DNA from: Promethearchaeota archaeon
GTDB lineage: Archaea > Asgardarchaeota > Lokiarchaeia > Sigyniarchaeales > SOKP01
Length of the DNA stretch: 64,000 nucleotides
Assembly: GCA_048939015.1 (NCBI GenBank)
Contig: JBHLPW010000007.1
Span: forward strand, 31,389 to 95,388
Reading direction: 5' to 3'
Under the pieces are notes generated by a model that worked only from the letters and a program-made list of their open reading frames with translations, did no database searches and was not told the origin of the DNA. Positions 1 through 10,106 of this stretch are shown here, piece after piece; the stretch's first letter is position 1, and each line of letters begins with the position of its first letter. The translations under genes and the position numbers were made by a program.

Positions 1-158
1 TCATATTGAGGACCTGGAAGTCCAAATTCTCCTCTTGTCATTGAAGCAATCCGAATATCATAATTCTTTTTGCTCTTAGTGGCAAGATAATGCATTAAAT
101 GACCACATTTATGTTCTAAATCATCAGGATGTGCTTGAAAGAATACAATTTTTACCAT
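1..158 (-). CDS. PIG-L/LmbE-family N-deacetylase, N-terminal ~52 codons only (gene runs off the left edge)
   Basis: Reverse-strand translation from the ATG at 158-156 reads MVKIVFFQAHPDDLEHKCGHLMHYLATKSKKNYDIRIASMTRGEFGLPGPQY. The AHPDD-x-E block just after the N-terminal strand is the PIG-L family signature. It is absent from the ORF track because the window edge truncates it. Confidence 0.6.
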   Translation of the reverse strand, partial: MVKIVFFQAHPDDLEHKCGHLMHYLATKSKKNYDIRIASMTRGEFGLPGPQY

Positions 159-172
159 ATTTTCTCAGAAAA

Positions 173-1063
173 CTATTTAATTTCTTCCATTTGGGCAGTT
201 CTTTTGCCTAATAAAAAAGAACTTGTTCCAATCAAAAAAATACCAACGATTAGAAATATAATGGAAATAATACTTGAAGGAATCAATAAAAATATTAGAA
301 AATATATGAAAATTGGGATAATAAGTGTAGGAACGTTTTGGATCGGAACCAAATTGCTTGCTTGGCCGACTTTATAGGCTAATTGAATTGTTGCTAAACC
401 AAAAACGTTAGTGGAGATTAGAATTATACCCGTTATTATGAACATAATTAACTCAACTAAATTAAACCCTCCTCCAAAACCACCAGTAATTAGTCCCATA
501 AATTGGCTTGTCCATAAATTAGACAAAGAAAACATGAATCCAGATAAAATAGCTAATAGAATTCCTCGTAATTTCTCAATTTTTTTTTGGAAAATATGAC
601 AAGCAAGAGATAATAAAATAATTATAATTGTAAATACAATAGTACGAATTAAAAGCCCAATTTCTAACACATTTGTCTCAATTATATCAATTGATAATCC
701 ACTCATACTTAGCAAAAAAGTCCCTGTTATCATTAATAATATACCGATTATCTCTTCGGTTTTCAACTTTTCTCCTACAATTTTTACTGAACCTAAAGCT
801 AAAACTATTAATCCAAAAGCCATAAGTCCAGGAATAAGTGCTGGACCAATAAATGCTTGAGCTGTTAAAAAGAAAATAGAGCTAACTCCAAAACTTAAAA
901 TTACTCCCAACAACCAAGTAGGTCTTTTAACTAGACTTCGCATAAATTCAGATTCTTTGGATACTTCATTAACTGCTTTTTTTTGAAAAACGGATCCTAA
1001 TTGTGTAGTTGATCCAGCTAAAAGAGCTAAAAAAACACCTAACCAATAGAAATTAGCAGCCAT
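173..1063 (-). CDS. Polytopic membrane protein, DMT-superfamily (EamA/NIPA-like) transporter candidate
   Basis: 296-aa ORF with an ATG start and about 9-10 hydrophobic helices along its whole length. It shows a two-halves architecture typical of drug/metabolite transporters. No diagnostic motif was recognised. Confidence 0.45.
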   Translation of the reverse strand: MAANFYWLGVFLALLAGSTTQLGSVFQKKAVNEVSKESEFMRSLVKRPTWLLGVILSFGVSSIFFLTAQAFIGPALIPGLMAFGLIVLALGSVKIVGEKLKTEEIIGILLMITGTFLLSMSGLSIDIIETNVLEIGLLIRTIVFTIIIILLSLACHIFQKKIEKLRGILLAILSGFMFSLSNLWTSQFMGLITGGFGGGFNLVELIMFIITGIILISTNVFGLATIQLAYKVGQASNLVPIQNVPTLIIPIFIYFLIFLLIPSSIISIIFLIVGIFLIGTSSFLLGKRTAQMEEIK

Positions 1064-1202
1064 TTTTATTTATGATTGTCTTCCTATCAAAAATCAAATT
1101 GAATGTTTTATTTTATGTTTTTAAGATATAAAAAATTATAAGTTTTCAATTCCTCTTTAAAAAACCTATAATTTAATTAATAATGAGATTATCAGAAAGA
1201 TT

Positions 1203-2699
1203 ATGATGTCGAATAAAATAAAAATTGAAGTAGTTTTTATTGGAAAACCACAATGGGAGGCAGGATGGCCCTATTTAGGTTATGACAATCAAAAATTAAT
1301 AAATGAAATTAAAGAACAGTTATTAAAGAAGTTTCCAAATGTAGCTTTTAATTGGGGAACTATGATTACAACATACGATAAGCCTTTGGTCGATAATATT
1401 AAGGAAAATATACTGGATTCAAATGGAATAATCATCTTTACGATTGGTCATTATGGAGATCCCGGGATTGTCCAAGCAGGCATTGAATTTATCGAATCTA
1501 ATAAACCTGTTATCCTTGCCAATTATATTTATGGAGGAGATCATACTTTTACTAAAATATATTCAAATATTAAGAACAAAAAGTATCAAGTATTTCCAAT
1601 ATCTTCACAAAAGATTGAAGAATTTGTTAAACCAATTGAAACGTTAATTAATTTGCTACGTTTAAAAGGAATGAGAGTCTTGGTTTATGCTAGTGATGTA
1701 ATAAAAATGAATTGGGATGTAATTTTAGGATTATTCAATCCAGAACGTAAAAGAATAAGAAAGGATCATCCAGAATTTCTTGAACAAATTGGAAAAATGA
1801 GTGGTGATCAAGATTTTGAATTTTATACAGATACGGCTGGTAAGGATCAAGCACATCAATGGAGAATGGATGAAACAAAATATAGAGAAATTTTGAAAGA
1901 GATATTTGGTATAGAAATGATAAGAGAAGATCCAAATGAGATATTAGACTATTATTCGAATATAAATGAAGAGGACGCTAAAATTGTTGCTGATAAATGG
2001 ATTAACAATGCATTAAAAGTAGAACCTTCTGAAAAGACAATTCTGAATTCTGCAAAATTATATATCACTTTTAAAAAAATATTGGAAGACAGAGATGTTG
2101 ATTTTTTTACTCCTGATTGTGGAACATTCTTATTGACGGGAATATTACCTGCTTATCCTTGTATGGCTTTTTTCGAATTAAGTAATGAAGGGAAATATGG
2201 TATTTGTGAATCTGATATGGATTCAACTGTTAGTTTCCTTTTTGGGCTCTATTTAACCAATCGTCATGGATTTGTATCTAACCACACTTTTGATTTAGTA
2301 AATGAACAAATTACTTATATGCACTGTGTTGCGCCAAATAAACTTTATGGGGTTAATGGCCCATCAACGCCTTATGAAATTTTATTTCATGGTGAAACAC
2401 ACTTATTAGGTGCTTCCCCTTGTGTTAAATTTCCAATCGGTGAAGAGGTTACTACTATAAAAATAAGTGTTTTTAATAGAAAAATATCAATTAGACAAGG
2501 AACAATTATTGACAATGTGGTGGATGATAAAGGATGCGTATCAAAAATGTTAGTAAAAAGTAATGTTGAAAAAATTATGAAAAATTATGATTGGGATACT
2601 TTTGGATGGCATCGTGTTACTTTTATTGGAGATTGGAAGGAGACTTTCATAACTGGAGCTAAAATTTTAGGTTTAGAGATTATTGAAGAAGATCAGTAA
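1203..2699 (+). CDS. Putative sugar isomerase (L-arabinose/L-fucose isomerase-like fold)
   Basis: 498-aa ORF. Its length and the spacing of acidic/His blocks (GICESDMDS, FVSNHTFD, YMHCVAPN, FGWHRVTFIGD) resemble the metal-site blocks of the AraA/FucI superfamily. A glycoside symporter gene lies immediately downstream. The assignment is by pattern only. Confidence 0.4.
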   Translation: MMSNKIKIEVVFIGKPQWEAGWPYLGYDNQKLINEIKEQLLKKFPNVAFNWGTMITTYDKPLVDNIKENILDSNGIIIFTIGHYGDPGIVQAGIEFIESNKPVILANYIYGGDHTFTKIYSNIKNKKYQVFPISSQKIEEFVKPIETLINLLRLKGMRVLVYASDVIKMNWDVILGLFNPERKRIRKDHPEFLEQIGKMSGDQDFEFYTDTAGKDQAHQWRMDETKYREILKEIFGIEMIREDPNEILDYYSNINEEDAKIVADKWINNALKVEPSEKTILNSAKLYITFKKILEDRDVDFFTPDCGTFLLTGILPAYPCMAFFELSNEGKYGICESDMDSTVSFLFGLYLTNRHGFVSNHTFDLVNEQITYMHCVAPNKLYGVNGPSTPYEILFHGETHLLGASPCVKFPIGEEVTTIKISVFNRKISIRQGTIIDNVVDDKGCVSKMLVKSNVEKIMKNYDWDTFGWHRVTFIGDWKETFITGAKILGLEIIEEDQ

Positions 2700-2806
2700 T
2701 TTTGCTAGAAAAAGAGTAATTTGAGTAATTTAGAAATTTTTATATCATCTTTAAATAAACTTAGAATAAAATTAAATTGTATCTAAAAAAAAAGTTGATA
2801 ACAATT

Positions 2807-4183
2807 ATGAATGAAACTGAAAGGGGAAAAAAGGATAAAGTACATTCACGTAAGGGTCGTCTTTTATATTCTTTAGGAGCTGTGCCATCAGCACTCCCAT
2901 ATAATATGATTTCTGCTTCATTTGTATTTTTTTATGTTACAGCTCAATCTGGACCGCATCTTAGTCTGGCTCTTTCAGGTTGGGTGTGGGCAATATATGG
3001 AATTTGGAATGCGATAAATGATCCTCTAATCGGATTTTACATGGATAAGAAGATAACAAAATGGGGGCGACGTATTCCATACATAGTAGTTGGAACGATT
3101 CCTTTCACAATCGGATTTATGCTTCTTTGGTGGGTACCTTATTCAAGTTCCGAGCAAATTTTTATATTTCTACACGCCTTACTTATGCTATTCATCTTCG
3201 ATCTTGGATTTACACTGAGTATGACGGGATGGTCGGCTCTATATACCGAGATGTATGAAGAAGAAGGAGAAAGGGCGACAGTTGTTGCTATAAAAGATAC
3301 AATTGCTTTCATTTCATCCTTTATCGGTATCTTGATTCCCCCAATGATTGCAGATGCAATAGGATGGGAATTTGCTGGAATATTAATAGGAATTTTTATC
3401 CCTATAACAATGCTACTTTCATTACTTGGATCAAAAGAAAGGGAAGAATATCAAATTGATGAGCCATTACCAATATTAGGTGCTATCAAAGAGACATTTA
3501 AAAATAAACCTTTTCTTATAGTCACTTTAACTTATACATTGCTTGACTTTTGTTTTGGATTAACTATAATGGTTATTCCATTATATGCTAAATTTATTCT
3601 GCAAGTAGATGATGCTTTTGTAGGTTTTGCTGCTGCTGGAGTTGCAATCGGAATACTCATAAGTGTACCTTTTTGGAGGTCTATATATGCTAAGAGAGGT
3701 CCAAAATACGGATTATTACTTGCAATGATCATTTTTTCTTTAGGGATATGGCCACTATTTCTTATAAATGATTTTCTTATACTATTCATTGTTACTATTT
3801 TTCCAGGCTTCGGAGCTGCTGGTATGCTTATGACTGAACCCGCTATAAGTGCAGCAATAGATTATGATGAATTAAGAATAAATAAAAGAAGAGAAGCATC
3901 ATACAATGGTATTTTAACATTAATTGCAAGATTATCATTAGTTTTTTCTGGAATAACATTAATTATCGTTGGATGGCTAACAGGTTTTGATTCAAACGCA
4001 GAAACACAAACACAAACAGCCCTAATTGGTTTAAGAGCTTTAGTAGGATTTGTTCCTCTTCTTGGTGGACTCCTAGGAATTCTGGTGTTCAGCTTCTTCC
4101 CTATTAATCATGAAGCTTTCACTAAACAACAACAAGAATTGATAAATTTGCATAAAGAGAGAATAGAGAGATTAGAAAAGTAG
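2807..4183 (+). CDS. GPH-family (glycoside-pentoside-hexuronide) cation symporter, MFS
   Basis: 12-TM profile. N-terminal block NAINDPLIGFYMDKKITKWGRRIPYIVVG matches the GPH signature (D-x-x-G...GRRRP). I prefer the ATG at 2807 (MNETERGK) over the TTG at 2777 used in the ORF track. Confidence 0.75.
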   Translation: MNETERGKKDKVHSRKGRLLYSLGAVPSALPYNMISASFVFFYVTAQSGPHLSLALSGWVWAIYGIWNAINDPLIGFYMDKKITKWGRRIPYIVVGTIPFTIGFMLLWWVPYSSSEQIFIFLHALLMLFIFDLGFTLSMTGWSALYTEMYEEEGERATVVAIKDTIAFISSFIGILIPPMIADAIGWEFAGILIGIFIPITMLLSLLGSKEREEYQIDEPLPILGAIKETFKNKPFLIVTLTYTLLDFCFGLTIMVIPLYAKFILQVDDAFVGFAAAGVAIGILISVPFWRSIYAKRGPKYGLLLAMIIFSLGIWPLFLINDFLILFIVTIFPGFGAAGMLMTEPAISAAIDYDELRINKRREASYNGILTLIARLSLVFSGITLIIVGWLTGFDSNAETQTQTALIGLRALVGFVPLLGGLLGILVFSFFPINHEAFTKQQQELINLHKERIERLEK

Positions 4184-4205
4184 AAGATCTAATTTCTCTT
4201 ATTAA

Positions 4206-4215
4206 TTTTTTTTTT
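4206..4215 (+). terminator. Oligo-T tract downstream of the GPH symporter gene
   Basis: T10 run about 23 nt after the stop codon at 4183. This is the archaeal-type oligo-T termination signal. Confidence 0.45.
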
Positions 4216-4258
4216 ATACGATTTTTCACAATAAAAACAAAATGAGAAAGACAATATT

Positions 4259-5092
4259 ATGGAATGCGATCTTGAAGATATAAAAATTTATTATGAAATT
4301 TATGGTGAAGGACTTCCCGTTTTAATGATTCATGGATGGACTGTAGATCATCGAATAATGAAGGGATGTATGGAACCCATCTTTAGGACTAGACCCAATT
4401 ATGAAAGAATTTATTTCGATTTACCAGGGATGGGAATGTCTAAAAGTAAAGACTGGATTATGAATTCTGATGATTTCCTCAAAATCACAAATGACTTTAT
4501 AGAAAAGGTTATTCCAGATCGAAATTTTATCGTTGTAAGTGAATCTTATGGTGGTTATTTAGCAAGAGGATTAATTAAGAAAAAATACAATTTAATTAAT
4601 GGGATCTTATTTTTGGTTCCTGTTATCATTGCAAGTTTTGATAATAGAGTATTACCAGAACCAACTATTTTAGTAAAAGATTCAAATTTATTATCCACTT
4701 TAAATCCTTTTGAATTAGAGAGTGTCAAAAATATAGCAACAATTATTAACCAAAAGACCTGGAAAAGAGGAAAAGAAGAAGGTTTATCTGCTGTAAAAAT
4801 TGCTAATTTAAAATTCTTAAATAAAATCCAAAAAAAAGGATATGAATTCTCATTTGATGTGGACAACTCATATGAAAGCTTTGACAAACCTACATTATTC
4901 TTTTTAGGACGACAAGATTCGAATGTAGGATATCGAGACGCCTGGAAAATAATTGAAAAATTTCCTAGAGCTACATTTGCTGTTTTAGATAAAGCAGGAC
5001 ATATCGCACAGATTGAACAAGAAGATTTATTCAACGTACTAGTTAATGATTGGTTAGATCGTGTAGAAGATTATAATCCTTTTAATAAATAA
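4259..5092 (+). CDS. Alpha/beta-fold hydrolase
   Basis: 277 aa. It has an HG oxyanion block (LPVLMIHGWTVDH), a nucleophile elbow (VVSESYGGYLA) and a C-terminal GH (DKAGHIAQIEQ) in the usual order. Confidence 0.7.
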   Translation: MECDLEDIKIYYEIYGEGLPVLMIHGWTVDHRIMKGCMEPIFRTRPNYERIYFDLPGMGMSKSKDWIMNSDDFLKITNDFIEKVIPDRNFIVVSESYGGYLARGLIKKKYNLINGILFLVPVIIASFDNRVLPEPTILVKDSNLLSTLNPFELESVKNIATIINQKTWKRGKEEGLSAVKIANLKFLNKIQKKGYEFSFDVDNSYESFDKPTLFFLGRQDSNVGYRDAWKIIEKFPRATFAVLDKAGHIAQIEQEDLFNVLVNDWLDRVEDYNPFNK

Positions 5093-5121
5093 AGAATAAA
5101 TTTGCATTTAAATTATTGTTA

Positions 5122-6180
5122 TCAATTTAATTCTTTTGGCTCTTCTCTTGGTAATCTTTCATTTACAGGTAAAATGGGCTCAAACTTCCTATGGGGTTCT
5201 GTTTGATACCAGTAAGCAGTAGATGACCAGTCATCTGAACGTTGATTAGCATGTCCGTGTTCTATTTTTACTTTTATGTTCTTATGGAAATATATCGGGT
5301 CTTCTATATGATATCTGTAATAAGAAATCTTACCACTCCAGTTTTTTCCACCTGGCAACGTAATTCCATAATATGGGGAACAATAATAATCATAAGGGCA
5401 CCATGCTGTGCAGAAATAATCTTCTGTTCCAGTTCCATAAAGTATAATTTCACCATCATCGATTTCTATATAATCATCTCCCTCACCAGGCCAATTGTGT
5501 TTGGAATATTCATTAAGATTGTGAATGTCTAAATGGCATCCTACATAATGACCCTCACCTTTGGCTTCCAAAAGAACATAATCTTCCTCATGAGTCTTAT
5601 TTCTTTTAACAAAATCCTCAGCTTTATTCAAGCTATAATCCATTCCTTTACAAGGATTTTCACGTTTCCAAAAAACATGAAATCTCCCTAAATCAGAATC
5701 CAGTTCTAAATATTCTTCATAATCAATATAATAATAGAAAACTAAAGTAGTATTACATTCATTCTCAATTTCAATTCTTGCACTTTTAGAAAAAGGCATT
5801 GCCCAGAAACTATTAAATCCTTTACCTTCCGCAGGACTCATAGAAAGAGGTAAACTCCAATAGTTTACAGATTTGGCGTGACCAACTCCAAAGAAATCTC
5901 CTATAGGGCATTCTACTGAAGGATTTATTTCACCGTCCCACCACATTCGAATTATTATTTTCCTTAAATAATAAGGATCAGGATCAGCAGTTCCCAAAGT
6001 TACCCAAATATGTTTTATAATTCCAGAACCTTGAATATTGCATAATTCAAATTTAGCATTTTTATCGATGATTATAGTATCATGGTTTGTGCCACGTTTA
6101 TTGTAACTGGAAATCCTCTTTCTTTTTATATTCTTTTTAATTTTTGTTAGATTCATTAAAGAACTAAATCCATATTCCAA
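5122..6180 (-). CDS. DUF2961 / GH172-like glycoside hydrolase
   Basis: 352 aa. Blocks GSGIIKHIWVT, FFGVGH and YGTGTEDYF are characteristic of the DUF2961 family (now GH172). The start is TTG at 6180; the next in-frame Met is 8 codons in. Confidence 0.6.
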   Translation of the reverse strand: MEYGFSSLMNLTKIKKNIKRKRISSYNKRGTNHDTIIIDKNAKFELCNIQGSGIIKHIWVTLGTADPDPYYLRKIIIRMWWDGEINPSVECPIGDFFGVGHAKSVNYWSLPLSMSPAEGKGFNSFWAMPFSKSARIEIENECNTTLVFYYYIDYEEYLELDSDLGRFHVFWKRENPCKGMDYSLNKAEDFVKRNKTHEEDYVLLEAKGEGHYVGCHLDIHNLNEYSKHNWPGEGDDYIEIDDGEIILYGTGTEDYFCTAWCPYDYYCSPYYGITLPGGKNWSGKISYYRYHIEDPIYFHKNIKVKIEHGHANQRSDDWSSTAYWYQTEPHRKFEPILPVNERLPREEPKELN

Positions 6181-6268
6181 ATATATCCCCCAAATTGAGT
6201 TGTTAAAAAAATAAATATTAGAAGGAAATTAAACATTTGTTATCCTAAATTAATACAAATATTCAATT

Positions 6269-7801
6269 TTATGGAGGAGTATAAGCCGCAATCTTCTGAA
6301 GTTCCTTGTCTTTAAGAAATTCGGTTGTAGATACTTTCTTGATTAGTTTTCCATCATCAAGAACAATTACTTCTTTTGAATACTTAGCTATAACCCGAGG
6401 ATCATGTGTCACTATAATTATAGTACGGTTTCTCTTGTGAAGATCCTGTAATATTTTCATAAATTCTTCAATCATACGATAATCTTGTCCAGTAGTAGGT
6501 TCATCAATTATTAGAATATCTGGTTCTAAAACTAACACTGATGCTAATGCTAATCGTTGTCGCACTCCTTTACTTAAATAAAAAGTTGATTTGTACATTT
6601 CTTCAAACTTTTTTAAATCTAAAAGCTCAGTAATTTCATTATATCGACGTTCTATTTCATGTTCATGAAATTTAAGATTTTTTAATCCAAATTCGATTTC
6701 TTCTCGAATAGTATTTTTAAATAGTTGATGATCTGGATTTTGATAACAATAACCAATAATTTGGGAAATATTTGTTATAGTATAATCTTCTATAGACTTG
6801 TTTTTTAATTGAACCTCACCTTGTTGCGGTTTTAAAAGACCATTAAAATGTTTTATTAAGGTAGTTTTACCAGAACCATTTTTTCCTATAAGTGCTATAA
6901 AATCATTGGAGAAAATTTTTAAATTTATATTTTTTAGGGCTCTTATTTGATTTGGATAAGAAAAACTTAGGTTGGAAACATTTATGATAGGTTCACTTTT
7001 TTTTATTACAGGAGTGCTTTCAATTTTTTGATCTGGGGTTGTATAATAATTCTCACTGGTTGGATAATAAATACCAAGTTCATTTAATAAGGATACATGA
7101 TGAGGTAGTTGAGATGTATTTGTATCTAACTTTATCTCTCCATCACCAATGAGAATAACCCGATTACAGAATTCCATTATTTTTTTTGTATCATGGCTTA
7201 CTAATACAATGGTTAAATCAAATTCTCTCCTTATTGATTCTAACAATTCGAAGATTTCACGCTTTCCTTGTGGGTCAAGATCAGAAGTAGGTTCATCCAA
7301 AATAAGAATTTCAGGTCTCATAGCCATAATTGAAGCTATTGCAACTCGTTGCTTTTGACCTCCTGAGAGTTCTTCTGGAGATTTTTCTTCATAACCTTCT
7401 AATCCAACTAGCTCAAGAGCCCATTTAATTCGATTTTTAATTTCGTTCTTATCCAAATTTAGAGTTTCTAAGCCAATAGCAATCTCATCTTCAACAGTCA
7501 TCATTATAAATTGGGTTTCTGGATCTTGGAAGATTAGACCAACACGTACTCCTAATTCATGCATTTTAGCGGTCCTAGTATTAGTGCCAAAAATTTCAAT
7601 AGTTCCCTTTATCCATCCTCGAGTTCTTAAAGGTATTAAGCCATTAATACACGAACATAAGGTCGATTTACCCGCGCCAGTAGGACCCATAATTCCAAGA
7701 AATTCACCTTGTTTGACTGAAAAATTAATTCTTTTAAGTATTAAATCTTTAGATGATTTATATTTCCATGAAAAATCTTTAAATTCTATAACCGTGCTCA
7801 A
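6269..7801 (-). CDS. ecfA: ECF transporter ATPase, fused tandem EcfA-EcfA'
   Basis: 510 aa with two complete ABC cassettes. Walker A sites are GPTGAGKST and GKNGSGKTT, signatures are LSGGQKQR and LSKGVRQR, and Walker B sites are ILILDEPT and ILIIDEPT. TTG start 4 nt after the EcfT stop. Confidence 0.9.
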   Translation of the reverse strand: MSTVIEFKDFSWKYKSSKDLILKRINFSVKQGEFLGIMGPTGAGKSTLCSCINGLIPLRTRGWIKGTIEIFGTNTRTAKMHELGVRVGLIFQDPETQFIMMTVEDEIAIGLETLNLDKNEIKNRIKWALELVGLEGYEEKSPEELSGGQKQRVAIASIMAMRPEILILDEPTSDLDPQGKREIFELLESIRREFDLTIVLVSHDTKKIMEFCNRVILIGDGEIKLDTNTSQLPHHVSLLNELGIYYPTSENYYTTPDQKIESTPVIKKSEPIINVSNLSFSYPNQIRALKNINLKIFSNDFIALIGKNGSGKTTLIKHFNGLLKPQQGEVQLKNKSIEDYTITNISQIIGYCYQNPDHQLFKNTIREEIEFGLKNLKFHEHEIERRYNEITELLDLKKFEEMYKSTFYLSKGVRQRLALASVLVLEPDILIIDEPTTGQDYRMIEEFMKILQDLHKRNRTIIIVTHDPRVIAKYSKEVIVLDDGKLIKKVSTTEFLKDKELQKIAAYTPP

Positions 7802-7807
7802 GTATAC

Positions 7808-8698
7808 TCACATAAATAATCCAATAATTAAGAAAACGAAACTTTCCTTAATAATACTTAAGTAAATCGAATATAATAAGAGTGAGATTAATAAAAAGAT
7901 AATTAGAAAGTCTTTTTTTTTCATTGGAAAGTAATGATATATTGTTCTTTTTTTTGATCTCATTGGGATACCTCTTGCTTCAATAGATGAAGACATTTCT
8001 TCTGTTCTTTTAAACATTAAAACAAATAGAGCTGCAAAAATTGAAATGAAATTTTTAATTTTCTTAATTATTGACACTTTCTCAAATTCAACGCCTCGTG
8101 TCATCATAGCTTCTTTTACTGTAGAATATTCATGCTGAAACATAGAGATCCCTCTAAATGTCATACTTATCATTAAACAAACCGAATATGGGACTTTGAT
8201 TGATCTAAGACCATGAATTAAATCTCTATCTGATATTCCAACAAACATGAATAACATCAAAAAAAACATAATTATTGATCTTAATGATATATTTGAGGCA
8301 TAATAGAGTGTTCTTTCAGTAATTAAAATATGCCATATTACTTCATCTTTTATAAGAACAACATCGAATTTTAAAAAAGTGATTTGTCCTGGTTTATAGC
8401 TAAAAAAACACCATGAAATAAAGATCGTTACATTAGCTAATAGAAAGAACACAATTAGTTTTTTAAAGCCTTTAGAAAATACAGGTATTTTAGTTAACTT
8501 AATTAGAATTACATCAAATAGTAATAAGATAAATAAATCAAAAACATTATGTAAAACTAACGCGACAATACTTAAGATAAAAACCATTAAAATCTTAGTA
8601 ATGGGATGTATTCTTGCCATAATGGAATTTGAGGGAATATAAGAAAAAAAAGTTTTTGACAAAGTTGATATATTTTTCACCTCATCTATGAAAACCAT
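7808..8698 (-). CDS. ecfT: ECF transporter transmembrane component EcfT (CbiQ family)
   Basis: 296-aa polytopic protein between the S-component candidate and the fused EcfA. It contains the Ala-Arg-Gly coupling-helix motif (SIEARGIP) typical of EcfT/CbiQ. Confidence 0.8.
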   Translation of the reverse strand: MVFIDEVKNISTLSKTFFSYIPSNSIMARIHPITKILMVFILSIVALVLHNVFDLFILLLFDVILIKLTKIPVFSKGFKKLIVFFLLANVTIFISWCFFSYKPGQITFLKFDVVLIKDEVIWHILITERTLYYASNISLRSIIMFFLMLFMFVGISDRDLIHGLRSIKVPYSVCLMISMTFRGISMFQHEYSTVKEAMMTRGVEFEKVSIIKKIKNFISIFAALFVLMFKRTEEMSSSIEARGIPMRSKKRTIYHYFPMKKKDFLIIFLLISLLLYSIYLSIIKESFVFLIIGLFM

Positions 8699-9450
8699 TT
8701 CTCGACAAAAATTGAAGTTTCCTTAATTTTTCCGGTTAAAGTTACCATTAAAGGAGTTGCTATTGCCGATAAAACTATTAAATCACCTGCGAACCACCCA
8801 ATTAAACCAACCCAGAAGCTTTCTGGAGGAGCATAACCTGCCCAGATTGGAACCGCTACTCCAATTAATGCAGATCCAATTGCGGCACAAAAAATTCCAA
8901 AGATTATATACACCAACCAAGATTTTGATCGATTCAAGGCATACATACCAATTATTAAAATGATCGATATCACAACGCTAATTATCCAGATAATTTGCCA
9001 AATTTGACTATCTAACAGAGGAGTAGCAATTCCCGCTAGAACAAGATTTATTACTAAGACTCCTAATAAAATATATAATTCTTTAGAACGTTTCAATTCT
9101 GCACCTAAATCTACATCTGCTTTAAACGCCCTAAAAGCAACGAGAGGAATAAAACCTTCAACAAAATCAGCTATAGACCAAAGAAAACTCCAAACACCAA
9201 ATGGTGTACTTACGAAACCTAGAATTACACATGAAAAATAACCCGCTATAGAGCCCCACATTCCTAACCATAGACTTAGAGGTACGTAAATTGCTGCTGC
9301 AATATATAAACCGGAAACTCCTGGAAATGCACCAACAGGGGCAGCGATAACCGCCCAGATTGCTAATACAGCTGCAACACCCGTAGCTAAAGCAGTCACA
9401 ACTATATGTCTCCAATTTACTCCAATCTTTACTTCTTCCATATCACTCAT
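8686..9450 (-). CDS. Candidate ECF substrate-capture (S) component, integral membrane
   Basis: 254 aa, about 6-7 TM helices. It overlaps the ecfT start by 13 nt, which fits an S-T-A operon order. The substrate cannot be read from the sequence. Confidence 0.45.
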   Translation of the reverse strand: MSDMEEVKIGVNWRHIVVTALATGVAAVLAIWAVIAAPVGAFPGVSGLYIAAAIYVPLSLWLGMWGSIAGYFSCVILGFVSTPFGVWSFLWSIADFVEGFIPLVAFRAFKADVDLGAELKRSKELYILLGVLVINLVLAGIATPLLDSQIWQIIWIISVVISIILIIGMYALNRSKSWLVYIIFGIFCAAIGSALIGVAVPIWAGYAPPESFWVGLIGWFAGDLIVLSAIATPLMVTLTGKIKETSIFVEKWFS

Positions 9451-9568
9451 TTTTCATTACCATTTGAACTTATTTTAAACTTTGTTGATAAAATTTGTTA
9501 GAATTACATGTGAAGATTAAACACTTTATTATTTAAAGTTTAATAACCAGTGATTATTACCGAATTAC

Positions 9569-9584
9569 TATATAAAGTTTTTTT
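9569..9584 (-). promoter_or_regulatory. Putative BRE/TATA promoter for the ECF operon
   Basis: The minus strand reads AAAAAAACTTTATATAG about 120 nt upstream of the S-component ATG. Almost the same core (AAAAAACTTTATATAG) lies upstream of the metalloprotease gene. Confidence 0.4.
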
Positions 9585-9645
9585 AAATGAAATCTCTTCA
9601 GGTTTAAAAGGTAACTATCACTTTATGGTTTTAGAAGAATAATTA

Positions 9646-10062
9646 TTATTCTCCTTGAATTTGCACATATACTCTTCGATTTCTTGGACCATCAAATTCC
9701 GCAAACATTATTCCCTGCCACGTACCAAGCATCAGTCGATTATTATGAATTATCACCTCAACCGAATGCCCTGTTAGTGAACATTTTATATGAGAGTCAG
9801 AATTGCCCTCACCATGCTTATACGAATATCCCAGTCCGCCACCTTTGGGAATCAATTTGTTTAGATAATTGCTAATATCTCTTTTTACTGAAGGATCTGC
9901 ATTTTCATTTATCGTAACACCTGCGGTTGTATGTGGGATAAATACTCGACAAACACCCTCTTTTACATTGCTTTTTCTAACTATATTGTTGATCTCATTT
10001 GTAATATCCATAATGACCTCCCTATCTGGAGTTTTGACTCTAAATTCATTAAATTCAATCAT
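9646..10062 (-). CDS. YjbQ/UPF0047 family protein (secondary thiamine-phosphate synthase family)
   Basis: 138 aa. It has [33 protein letters not shown] and the C-terminal [18 protein letters not shown] block, which are the family signatures. Confidence 0.85.
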   Translation of the reverse strand: MIEFNEFRVKTPDREVIMDITNEINNIVRKSNVKEGVCRVFIPHTTAGVTINENADPSVKRDISNYLNKLIPKGGGLGYSYKHGEGNSDSHIKCSLTGHSVEVIIHNNRLMLGTWQGIMFAEFDGPRNRRVYVQIQGE

Positions 10063-10106
10063 ATTATCACCAAAGAATACTTAATTTACAAAATAAAAAA
10101 ATATAT

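Noticed and set aside
129-599. Small plus-strand ORFs at 129-377 and 411-599.
   Set aside because: They overlap the 296-aa membrane protein gene on the minus strand and have no motifs, so they are most likely shadow ORFs.
9451-9645. A possible TPP or other vitamin riboswitch in the 195-nt spacer between yjbQ and the ECF S-component gene.
   Set aside because: Reading the minus strand, I found a TTTATATA promoter and a small TAATAA-N7-TTATTA hairpin. I found no CUGAGA / ACCUGAUCUGGAUAAUGCCAGCG-like TPP-riboswitch core or any other riboswitch core I recognise.
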